From contig CAYSFA010000001.1 of NCBI GenBank assembly GCA_964430025.1, positions 1 to 60,698 on the forward strand: DNA of 60,698 bases. Direction: 5' to 3'. A model generated the notes under the pieces. The model saw only the letters and a program-made list of their open reading frames with translations. It was not told where the DNA came from and made no database searches. This DNA comes from an uncultured Anaerolineaceae bacterium (GTDB taxonomy: Bacteria; Chloroflexota; Anaerolineae; Anaerolineales; Anaerolineaceae). A program made the translations under genes and the position numbers. This document shows positions 9,678 through 17,625 of this stretch, piece by piece (position 1 is the first letter of the stretch; the number at the start of each line of letters is the position of its first letter).

Positions 9678-12527
9678 TCAAAATAGCCGACCAGAATTCC
9701 TTTCTTTTTCAATCGCAATCCAGCGTTTTATAATCGGATATACATCCTTCGCTAATTTTTCCAAATCAACCTTAACATCTACCAATTCTGTGGGTTGTGG
9801 AGAAATTTCAATATTTTCATTCGAACTTTCAATCTGTCGTTGAACGACCGGACCTTGAACTTCCATTTCTGGTTTGAAATATCCCTCAGTGGTTTCTACT
9901 TTTTTTGTCTTCACCACAGGCAACTCAACCTCAGATGGTTTTGGTTTTGGATAGCTTTTCCCTGAATTAGCTTCCTTTTGTGGTTGCAAAGGGATAAGTG
10001 TTAACTTTTCTGAACGAGGAGATTGCTTTCTTTGTGAAGGTGAAGATTTTATAATTTCAGATGAAGTTGTTTTATTAATTCTTCCGCCAGGTTTTTGTTG
10101 ACTGCGCTGAGAAATAATTACAGGCGGTATTCCACTGACCTCATCAAGTTCGGAAGGCTTCTTTTCAATGGATCGAGCCGATTGGTCAATTTTTCTTTGG
10201 ATCGTTTTTCTCCCTGGCGATGAGATCAACAACCTGTCCTGAAAAGAAGGTGTAAAAATCCTTTTTGGCTGAGAACCAGTCAAATTCTTTTGTTCCTGGG
10301 TTCTTTTTGTTCCCTTCATAGACACCAATATCTGATCTCTTATTGATGGAGGTTCTCCGACAACGCTGGGCGATGGAGAAGAACTCTGGGGAACAACACC
10401 TTCATCACCGGAAAGAGTTTGCCTATCAGGTTTGGAAATGTCTCGCAAAATTGGTTTCGAAAGTGATTCAGATTTAGATATGCTTTTTAAAATAATAGGC
10501 AATTTCGGTTTATTTGATTGCCCTTGAACTTTTCGTTTAATATTTGTATTAGTCGTCTCGCTAATTCGTTTTCGAATGTTCCTGGGAGATATATCAATCT
10601 TAATTTTTTCAGGTTGCACATCCAAGGAAGGCTTATCCTTTGGTGTCTGCAATTGTTGGCGTAATGGTTTATCGATCGGGAGAGATTCTGATCTTCTCTC
10701 TTTTGATGAAGATTGAACTTCTGGCTCAGCTCTTTCTTGGTTGATTTCTTGATCTGTCGTCACTTGACGCTGGACAACAGGTTTTTGTGCCGGGGTAATA
10801 CCAGGCCTTTCAATACCAGGATGAAATACAGGTTTTGGTTTCTCCTGTGAAATTTGCTTGTTCTTTTTAATAATTTGATCAGTAAAAGTTTTAATTACTG
10901 AAGGTTGTGACTTTTTCTTGATAACCAATGGTTTATCTAAAATTTCTGGTTTTGTACTGTCCACTAATCTTTCAAGGGTTTGTGGTTCATTTACTTCAGT
11001 TTTTCTATTTGATAACTCAATACTTCGACTTTCTAATTTTTCTGGTTGAGTCTGAGAAGGTACTGGTTTGCTCTGTTTCTGCTTAGGTGTTTCTTCATGT
11101 TTCTCTAAAGCAGTTTGAAGTTTTTCTTCTTTTCTCCTAGTATCATCAGTCGGGAATTTTTGTTCCAATTCTTGTGATGATTCCCCTTCTTTCCTTTTGG
11201 ATTGAACCTGCGGTTTCTTTGCCAAAGGAAAATTCATCTTATCCGTTTCTTCTGATGTCCTGGTTGTTGGCTTTTCATTCATGATGACCGGTTCATGATC
11301 ACCATCTTTGGCCATTTCTCTTTGAATTTTATGATCAAAAGTTTGTTCAAAGGCACGTTCTTTTGTTGTAGGTTTTGGAGAAGATTGATCACTTTCTTTA
11401 TTTTCGCCATTCGAACTGATCTTTTCTTTTTTCTCAGGCGAGATTTCTTTTGGTGATCCCATTTTATTAATGGATGATGAAGAGGGTTGTGTTTGTTTAT
11501 CCTCTGTAATTTTTTTGATTAATTTTTTATCTTCCAGCTTCTCAGGTGAAACTTGTTGCTGGTCGCTTTGGTCATTGTCTGTTTTTGAAAACGACTTCTT
11601 CGGACTCAGAGTCCTAAGTTCTTCTTTGATTTCCTGCTCATGGGAAGGTTTAATTTCTTGAACTGTTCGTTTTGTTTCAAAAGTTTTTTCTGAGGAGTCG
11701 CTCTCCTCTTTCTTCTCCTGAGTGCGAGGAGTCTGATCGATTTGTCTTCTGATGACCTGGTTTTGATCGGTTTTATCAAAAGCGGGATTCTCGATATTTT
11801 CAGTTTTTGAGCTGACTTTTTGAGTGCTTGCTTCTGGTTTTTGTTGTTTTTCCTCTTTTACCTTTGATTTCTCAGGAGGTAAAGTCTTGTCTTCTGAGGT
11901 TGGCACAGAGTTGCTTACCTCTTCTATTTTTCCAGAATATCGACTGGTTTTAGGATGAATTTCTTCAACCTTGCTGAAAGGACGTTGTGGAAGATCACTC
12001 TTCTTGGGTGTTGGTTTTGTATTTTTTCCTTCCTGTGCACTTAAGCGTGCTCGTCTTCTGGCAATGAAAGAAGGTTCACCTTCAGAAATCGGAGGAGGGT
12101 CGAAGGGAGGAATTATTTGTCCACCAATTGGAAGACCTGTTGATAAACCACCTAAAGATGGTTGTGGGGGAATTACAGTTGGAGTCTCAACTGACGCCCC
12201 ATTTTGCAGGAGCATATCCACCTTATCCCAGGACTGACCCTTTGGAGTACTTACTTTCTTTGCACCAAGAGTCATGGGAAGCTGCTTATTTGTCTTGAGC
12301 TTGTCACTAAAAGATTTTATTTTTCCTCTGAGCTTTGTTCCTGGAGGGTTCAAATAATGTTGCTTTACGATGGAAGAAGGCCGAATTATTTTGGAAATCT
12401 TTGATTTAATTTTTGGCAGAATCACACCTGAAGCAGACTTCCTATTGAGAAGTCTGGTAGCCATCGGAGAAATATCAGGCTTGCTGTTATTATTTTGCGC
12501 TGTTGAGGTGTTTTCGATTTCTGCCAT
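9678..12527 (-). CDS. tape-measure-slot protein (Afp14-like by position only); 949 aa, extremely low-complexity K/E/P/S/Q/T-rich with a short structured C-terminus
   Basis: Sits between the tube paralogs and the LysM initiator, where CIS and P2-like tails encode the length determinator. Only the last ~35 aa (VDVKVDLEKLAKDVYPIIKRWIAIEKERNSGRLF) look like an ordered amphipathic helix. No family motif recognised. Confidence 0.45.
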   Translation of the reverse strand: MAEIENTSTAQNNNSKPDISPMATRLLNRKSASGVILPKIKSKISKIIRPSSIVKQHYLNPPGTKLRGKIKSFSDKLKTNKQLPMTLGAKKVSTPKGQSWDKVDMLLQNGASVETPTVIPPQPSLGGLSTGLPIGGQIIPPFDPPPISEGEPSFIARRRARLSAQEGKNTKPTPKKSDLPQRPFSKVEEIHPKTSRYSGKIEEVSNSVPTSEDKTLPPEKSKVKEEKQQKPEASTQKVSSKTENIENPAFDKTDQNQVIRRQIDQTPRTQEKKEESDSSEKTFETKRTVQEIKPSHEQEIKEELRTLSPKKSFSKTDNDQSDQQQVSPEKLEDKKLIKKITEDKQTQPSSSSINKMGSPKEISPEKKEKISSNGENKESDQSSPKPTTKERAFEQTFDHKIQREMAKDGDHEPVIMNEKPTTRTSEETDKMNFPLAKKPQVQSKRKEGESSQELEQKFPTDDTRRKEEKLQTALEKHEETPKQKQSKPVPSQTQPEKLESRSIELSNRKTEVNEPQTLERLVDSTKPEILDKPLVIKKKSQPSVIKTFTDQIIKKNKQISQEKPKPVFHPGIERPGITPAQKPVVQRQVTTDQEINQERAEPEVQSSSKERRSESLPIDKPLRQQLQTPKDKPSLDVQPEKIKIDISPRNIRKRISETTNTNIKRKVQGQSNKPKLPIILKSISKSESLSKPILRDISKPDRQTLSGDEGVVPQSSSPSPSVVGEPPSIRDQILVSMKGTKRTQEQKNLTGSQPKRIFTPSFQDRLLISSPGRKTIQRKIDQSARSIEKKPSELDEVSGIPPVIISQRSQQKPGGRINKTTSSEIIKSSPSQRKQSPRSEKLTLIPLQPQKEANSGKSYPKPKPSEVELPVVKTKKVETTEGYFKPEMEVQGPVVQRQIESSNENIEISPQPTELVDVKVDLEKLAKDVYPIIKRWIAIEKERNSGRLF

Positions 12528-12536
12528 AATCTATCT

Positions 12537-13181
12537 TTAGAATATTGATTTCACAGCACTCAGTGGGCTCATGGGTAAACCAAATTTAGGATCAATTGTT
12601 AATCCTTCATGAACGATTTCCATGGTCTCAATTGCTACTGAATTAATGTCCGACACGTTCAAATCTGACAATTTCCAACTGGCTGGATAAGCATTTACGA
12701 CATTCCAGCGTTTGACAACGCCGTAACCACCGCTCCCTGGGATTAACGATGTAACACTTTGTCCGGTTGCTCCTTGAATAATAGAAAGATTCAATCTTTT
12801 TACCTGGAAATCATATATGCCAAATTGGAACCAATCCCACAATTCTTTGGAGACAGTCATCCCGCGTTTGAAGGTGATCCGATTGAATTCAATTTGACCA
12901 GGCAAATTATGGACCCCGTCATTAAACCCACCTTCCTGAATGGTCTCCACCTTTCTGGATACACCAATCCCACTCACCTCGGTGAATAGGCCAACGATCA
13001 ACCCCGAGATTTCTATGTAGAAAAGATATGTTGGGGCAGGATCAAAGCGAACCCCGGTTAAATTTTCTAATTGCCGGATTCCTGCAGCCCCTACCATCCC
13101 CTTAGCAGCATCCATAATACTTTTTGGAGCTGGTTTGTTGGCAGGTTTATCAATTTTCTTAGGTCCATCAATTAGACTCAT
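12537..13181 (-). CDS. tube-like protein (T4 gp19 fold paralog) with ~55-aa N-terminal extension
   Basis: YLFYIEISGLIVGLFTEVSGIGVSRKVETIQEGGFNDGVHNLPGQIEFNRITFKRGMTVSKELWDWF parallels the two tube proteins (FKFGLEIEGKLSGFF ... LTWTEVTLKRGVTSNLDIWDW). Confidence 0.75.
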   Translation of the reverse strand: MSLIDGPKKIDKPANKPAPKSIMDAAKGMVGAAGIRQLENLTGVRFDPAPTYLFYIEISGLIVGLFTEVSGIGVSRKVETIQEGGFNDGVHNLPGQIEFNRITFKRGMTVSKELWDWFQFGIYDFQVKRLNLSIIQGATGQSVTSLIPGSGGYGVVKRWNVVNAYPASWKLSDLNVSDINSVAIETMEIVHEGLTIDPKFGLPMSPLSAVKSIF

Positions 13182-13198
13182 CTTTAACTCCTTTCCAT

Positions 13199-13357
13199 AA
13201 TTCAGCGGGGCAATCGTTCGTTTTCTTCTCTAAGTTTTCGCTTTAGAAGTTTCATTATCTCTTTCGCAAGTTCTTCAACATCAACATTTTTCAATTGTTG
13301 ATGTTCAACTTTTGCAATGTCTGATGTTTTATTCGATTCACTTTCTTCTAAAGACAT
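13199..13357 (-). CDS. unannotated 52-aa ORF; its C-terminus repeats the C-terminal motif of the tape-measure-slot protein
   Basis: Own translation: MSLEESESNKTSDIAKVEHQQLKNVDVEELAKEIMKLLKRKLREENERLPR*. Below the length cutoff of the ORF track. A purine-rich GAGAGAG lies upstream. It ends 17 nt before the next gene's start. Confidence 0.5.
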
Positions 13358-13385
13358 TCAATCTCTCTCTTTTCACAAAGGAAAA

Positions 13386-13550
13386 TTATGTGGTTACATT
13401 CATTCTTTTATTAATCTTTGCAATCTCTTTTACCCATTGACGACGCTGGCGATGCTCCAGATCGAGTACTTTATCCAGATCCCAATGGAAATGGTAGGAA
13501 ATGTAGGCTACCTCCTCATAGATCTGATCGAGAGGGTAGCCTACGATTCC
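13386..13550 (-). other. -1-frame open extension (53 codons after the G run) with no start codon of its own, reachable from the upstream CDS by a -1 shift
   Basis: Codon-by-codon translation of the -1 frame: ...LGGG IVGYPLDQIYEEVAYISYHFHWDLDKVLDLEHRQRRQWVKEIAKINKRMNVTT*, stop at 13386-13388. There is no ATG/GTG/TTG before Met-48 of this stretch. The frame is closed by TGA just upstream of the G run (13569-13571). Confidence 0.5.
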
Positions 13551-13556
13551 CCCCCC
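13503..13556 (-). promoter_or_regulatory. candidate -1 recoding signal: G8 run (G GGG GGG heptamer) + 5-nt spacer + 10-bp perfect hairpin
   Basis: Coding strand reads aac ttg ggg ggg gaa tcg tag. C8 on the plus strand is at 13549-13556. Spacer is gaatc. Stem gtaggctacc (13544-13535) pairs with ggtagcctac (13512-13503). After one mismatch the stem extends by 5 more pairs (incl. 2 G-U), leaving a 10-nt loop. Confidence 0.5.
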
Positions 13557-13912
13557 AAGTTTGCCAGGTCAATTTCGACTGGTTTTCCACAATGATTACA
13601 GGTCACTGTTCGAGTAGTTTTACCTGTTTCATTGATCTGTTGGTAAAAGGATTGCAAGTACGCCAAATCAGCAGCGAAAAGATTTTCAACAACGCTGGTG
13701 GTAATATGCTGTAATGTGCCTAAACTGGTAATTACCCTGGTTAACAATACAATTATTAAATAGGCTTCATTGGATTGAACACGCATGTCATTTAATGGGG
13801 TAATTTCATCCATTGCAGTCGCCAAACGCATGACTCCGCGTTTATGGAGATTTCCTTCCCGATCAACGTATCCAATTGGTAATTCAAATTCAAATTCAGT
13901 ATGTAAGCTCAT
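13541..13912 (-). CDS. small CIS protein in the tail-assembly-chaperone slot (Afp6-slot; P2 gpE / Mu gp41-like position)
   Basis: 123 aa, sits between the tube genes and the tape-measure-slot gene. The N-terminal pattern FEFELPIGYVDREGNLHKRGVMRLATAMDEI resembles phage tail assembly chaperones (recall only). A single CxxC (CNHC) lies near the C-terminus. Confidence 0.5.
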   Translation of the reverse strand: MSLHTEFEFELPIGYVDREGNLHKRGVMRLATAMDEITPLNDMRVQSNEAYLIIVLLTRVITSLGTLQHITTSVVENLFAADLAYLQSFYQQINETGKTTRTVTCNHCGKPVEIDLANLGGES

Positions 13913-13946
13913 TCTCCAGCTTTCCTTTCAGATGTATTTACATTCA

Positions 13947-14420
13947 TCATGGATCAGTTCTCTCTATCGATTCGGCAACAATCGTCAGTGAAAATTTTGC
14001 TACATTTGCCACATTGTATTGATTGCTTTCGAATCCCGAGATTTTCGAAGGCCATGCGTTGAAAAGATTCCATGCAACCAGTGGAATGTATTCGCCATCT
14101 TTTAATGCATTTAAGGTGATGGTGACATTTTTCCTTGCATCAGAATAAGCGCCACTACTTGCCTGGACAAACCAGTTATAGAGCTCTTTGGTATTGCCAA
14201 ATCCGCTTTTCAATTCCACAGGGGAATAAGAGGTCATTCCGGGTATTAATAATGTGCTAGATTCTCCTGAACTGTAAACGACATTGTGTTTGATAACATT
14301 GATTTCAACCTCTCCACCAGAAAGAGTATCGAAAGTAGCTAAGCGGGTTTGGTTTACATCCAAAGTGTAATAACAATCCAGAGGATTTAACTTAAAATCT
14401 TCTTTTATAGAACTAAGCAT
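13947..14420 (-). CDS. CIS tube protein 2 (T4 gp19 family; Afp5-like)
   Basis: 157 aa. YYTLDVNQTRLATFDTLSGGEVEINVI ... VELKSGFGNTKELYNWF ... WNLFNAWPSKISG parallels tube 1 (WEFTNAWPSKVVG). Confidence 0.85.
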   Translation of the reverse strand: MLSSIKEDFKLNPLDCYYTLDVNQTRLATFDTLSGGEVEINVIKHNVVYSSGESSTLLIPGMTSYSPVELKSGFGNTKELYNWFVQASSGAYSDARKNVTITLNALKDGEYIPLVAWNLFNAWPSKISGFESNQYNVANVAKFSLTIVAESIERTDP

Positions 14421-14477
14421 GACTTCACCATCTTTACCTTAAATATTAACAATCATCAAAGATGATTAATGAAGGTG

Positions 14478-14510
14478 GAGGATCTATCAATTCATGTTTG
14501 ATAGATCCTC
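14478..14510 (-). promoter_or_regulatory. intercistronic 13-bp perfect hairpin between tube gene 1 and tube gene 2
   Basis: gaggatctatcaa (14478-14490) / loop ttcatgt / ttgatagatcctc (14498-14510). No U-run follows on the minus-strand transcript, so it is not a canonical intrinsic terminator. Confidence 0.4.
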
Positions 14511-14526
14511 AAAATTGGAAATTAAC

Positions 14527-14973
14527 CTAAGGTTTTACTCGTTCCATGCCTTCATGTACGATCGTAACTTCTTCAAGCATGTACTCTGTGCTTCCTGAAT
14601 CCAACTCTGGGCCAACAACTTTGCTCGGCCAGGCATTGGTGAACTCCCAACGGGCAATCGGCTGCTGATCTTGTGAATAAGCAATAATTGAGCAGTTTGT
14701 TCGGGCATCTTCTACCTTCCCCTGCACAACCAAATTTCGCCAATCCCAAATATCCAAATTACTGGTGACACCACGCTTGAGTGTTACTTCAGTCCAGGTC
14801 AGGCGACCAGGCAATTTTTGAATAATTGTCTCACCGTTTTCATTTACAACTTTATGGTCGACAACTTCAGTTTCAGAGCCAATTCCACCTACAATGGTAA
14901 AAAAGCCACTTAATTTTCCTTCAATTTCTAGTCCAAACTTAAACGCAACAAGAGGGTCTTCACGTCCAGGCAT
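14527..14973 (-). CDS. CIS tube protein 1 (T4 gp19 family; Afp1-like)
   Basis: MPGREDPLVAFKFGLEIEGKLSGFFTIVGGIGSETEVVDHK... is the classic tail-tube N-terminus. The second ATG (14973) has better spacing to the AAAGGAG RBS than the track start at 14979. Confidence 0.9.
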   Translation of the reverse strand: MPGREDPLVAFKFGLEIEGKLSGFFTIVGGIGSETEVVDHKVVNENGETIIQKLPGRLTWTEVTLKRGVTSNLDIWDWRNLVVQGKVEDARTNCSIIAYSQDQQPIARWEFTNAWPSKVVGPELDSGSTEYMLEEVTIVHEGMERVKP

Positions 14974-15006
14974 TTTCATGCTCCTTTCTAGTGATTAATG
15001 TTTTAT

Positions 15007-16665
15007 TTACTCTGAGCCCGGGCCAGCCCATTGACTAATCCGGAAGATAACAAATTCTGCTGGTTTGACTGGTGCCATACCAATTTCAATGATCAAACGA
15101 CCTAAATCCCGTGATTCTGGTGGATTTAACTCATCATCACACTTGACATAGAAAGCTTCATCAGGTGAACTTCCGAATAATGCGCCATCACGCCATACCA
15201 TCTTCAGGAAGGCGGTTGCATCTCTGCGAACTCTTGCCCAAAGTTTCCGATCATTCGGTTCGAAAACAACCCATTGAGTTCCATTTTCAATGGATTTCTC
15301 AACATAGTTGAATAACCGACGAACGTTTATATACCGCCAAGAAGGATTGCTGGAAAGCGTTCTTCCACCCCATACTCGGATTCCCCGTCCCGGGAAACTG
15401 CGAACAACATTTACACCGATTGGGTTGAGTGTATCTTGTTCACCTTTTGTGGTTTGATAACCAAGACCAACTGCTCCAAGCACGACTTCATTTGCAGGGG
15501 CTTTGTGGACACCACGGGTATTGTCATTGCGTGCCCATACACCTGCCATATGCCCTGAAGGTGGAATTGCAATAACTTTATTGGTAACTGGATCCATTAC
15601 CTCAATCCAGGGATAATAAAGTGCGCCATAGCTGGAATCATATCCTGCTGTGTTCATTCGCCAATTCTTGATTTCCTGAGGGCTCATATTTGGCGGAGCA
15701 TCCAAAATCGCAACACGATCGCCCAAGCGTTCACAATGGGCAAGCATCATGGATTGAACACCTTTAACCATATCCATGTCTAGTTTTTGACCAGGCATTA
15801 CAGTCATCAAATCAGGAACACAAACCATTGTGACATCATCAAGAACTTCTAGCCCTTCCACACCGCTTCGTTTCGTGACATCGCCCTGAAACTCGGTTGG
15901 GGTTGGGGGAGGTAAAAGGGATTTCTCAATCGTGAGGACCTGTTCCTGTTCTTTTGGCACAAGCTGGGTGACTGTTGCTTTGTCATTGGTAACAACTAAC
16001 TCCACTAATTTTGAGAATTTGTTGTTTTTATAGGCTACTCCAACTTTCTTCTCGCCATTGACCGACATATCCTGCAATTGGACTTCTTTGAGTGTTTCTA
16101 CTACTTTCCAGGATGTGTCTGATTTTTCTTGTTCCACAAAAAGTGTGAAGCTGGTTCCACCATCTCCTTCACCAGCTACATCTTCTTCAACTTTGCCTTC
16201 TTCATCTTTAGAAGATTTTTTGGTTGTGGAAGCAGGTGCAGGAAGGAATACATCACCAACACGAACTCTAATGCGCATACCTTCTGTCCCAGAAGTGCGT
16301 GCGCGTGCAGTTAATGCTGGTTTTCCTTGTTGGTTCAGTAAGGTTGCTTCAGCTTTGGGGAATGTCCGAACGCTGACTACATAACATCGTGAACCACCAT
16401 TCATAAAATAACCATAAATTGCTTGAGGAAGATACGCTCCTGACACAAAACTTCCATATCTTTCAACGTATTGGGTCCAATTAGTAACGAGTTGGGGTTT
16501 ATTTAATAAATTCTCAACTAATTGTTCTCCATCTACCTCGCGAACCATCTCTGCTTTTTCAGTGAAACCAACAAAAGCAGCCATCGCGGTACCAACACCT
16601 TCAATTGGCTTCGGACCACGATCTACTTCTTCAACATAAACTCCTGGTGATAAATATTCTGGCAT
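15007..16665 (-). CDS. contractile sheath protein (Afp2/3/4-like); only sheath gene in the locus
   Basis: MPEYLSPGVYVEEVDRGPKPIEGVGT is the hallmark sheath N-terminus. The C-terminal domain has GVNVVRSFPGRGIRVWGGRTLS. 552 aa. Confidence 0.95.
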   Translation of the reverse strand: MPEYLSPGVYVEEVDRGPKPIEGVGTAMAAFVGFTEKAEMVREVDGEQLVENLLNKPQLVTNWTQYVERYGSFVSGAYLPQAIYGYFMNGGSRCYVVSVRTFPKAEATLLNQQGKPALTARARTSGTEGMRIRVRVGDVFLPAPASTTKKSSKDEEGKVEEDVAGEGDGGTSFTLFVEQEKSDTSWKVVETLKEVQLQDMSVNGEKKVGVAYKNNKFSKLVELVVTNDKATVTQLVPKEQEQVLTIEKSLLPPPTPTEFQGDVTKRSGVEGLEVLDDVTMVCVPDLMTVMPGQKLDMDMVKGVQSMMLAHCERLGDRVAILDAPPNMSPQEIKNWRMNTAGYDSSYGALYYPWIEVMDPVTNKVIAIPPSGHMAGVWARNDNTRGVHKAPANEVVLGAVGLGYQTTKGEQDTLNPIGVNVVRSFPGRGIRVWGGRTLSSNPSWRYINVRRLFNYVEKSIENGTQWVVFEPNDRKLWARVRRDATAFLKMVWRDGALFGSSPDEAFYVKCDDELNPPESRDLGRLIIEIGMAPVKPAEFVIFRISQWAGPGSE

Positions 16666-16776
16666 TTTTTCTTCCTTTCTATCAATTTGATAAATGATTG
16701 AGATAACTTATTAAGAACTCTTTTTTTCTCTATTGGACCTCCTTAATGCTTATTTCCATGAAAAAATAAAACCGAT

Positions 16777-17625
16777 TTAGACACTAATTTCCAAAAAGGG
16801 ATTTGGAACAACAAATTTTTCATGCCTCAAAATCCTATCATTGAAAGAAATATCAAGATGATAGGTACCTTGCGTTAATTTAAGAAGCGCAAATTCACCA
16901 TTTTCTAAAACGGGAATTTCTTTTCCTGTTTCTTTCAGTACTAGCTTTAAGGTAACCGGTGAATATTTCTGACTATTTACTTTTCCCCGAACGGAGAAAT
17001 AAGACTTGGAATCGACTAATTTCGCATTCGGATCATCGAATTTTTGACGGTCTGGATCAGGATTTTGTTTGAACCGAACTTCTGAAGTAGCAACTCTGGG
17101 AGAGGTCACAGGTTTATATGGATCAATCGTCAAAGTGACAGTCAAACGAATTCCAGGGTGGGGATCATTGTCAATCATCCCCCAAAAATCTGATAATTTT
17201 TGTAAGCTTTTGCTTTGGCCCACCTCCAATCGAACGGGAACAGGTTGGTTTTTCAGGTTATCTGGAAGCATCTCTTCCGGTATGTAAGCTTGTCGAAGTA
17301 AAGTTGTTAAGGCGGCTGCTAGTAGTTGCTGCTCATCTTGAATTTCTTTCGCCCAGCTAGTTATCAGATAGTAATAATTCATCCGTACCGGATTCCGATG
17401 TAGAGTAACTGTTCCATCCCCATTGTCTGTTTGAGTCCACTGTTCAGAGCCTCTTAATTCAATGTTTTCTAAAATATCGTACATATAAATATTTAGTGTT
17501 GGCTTACTTAACCGGGATGACCATTCCTTCTTGGGAATTTCGAATTGAATATCAACATCGCCTTTCCGAACTGGCATTTCACTGAGAAGCAGCTTCCGTA
17601 AAGCTTCATTCAACTCATAGATCAT
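16777..17625 (-). CDS. DUF4255 (Pvc16_N) tail terminator/cap protein (Afp16-like)
   Basis: MIYELNEALRKLLLSEMPVRKGDVDIQFEIPKKEWSSRLSKPTLNIYMYDILEN matches the DUF4255 N-terminal pattern as I recall it. It overlaps the upstream gene by 11 nt. Confidence 0.75.
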   Translation of the reverse strand: MIYELNEALRKLLLSEMPVRKGDVDIQFEIPKKEWSSRLSKPTLNIYMYDILENIELRGSEQWTQTDNGDGTVTLHRNPVRMNYYYLITSWAKEIQDEQQLLAAALTTLLRQAYIPEEMLPDNLKNQPVPVRLEVGQSKSLQKLSDFWGMIDNDPHPGIRLTVTLTIDPYKPVTSPRVATSEVRFKQNPDPDRQKFDDPNAKLVDSKSYFSVRGKVNSQKYSPVTLKLVLKETGKEIPVLENGEFALLKLTQGTYHLDISFNDRILRHEKFVVPNPFLEISV

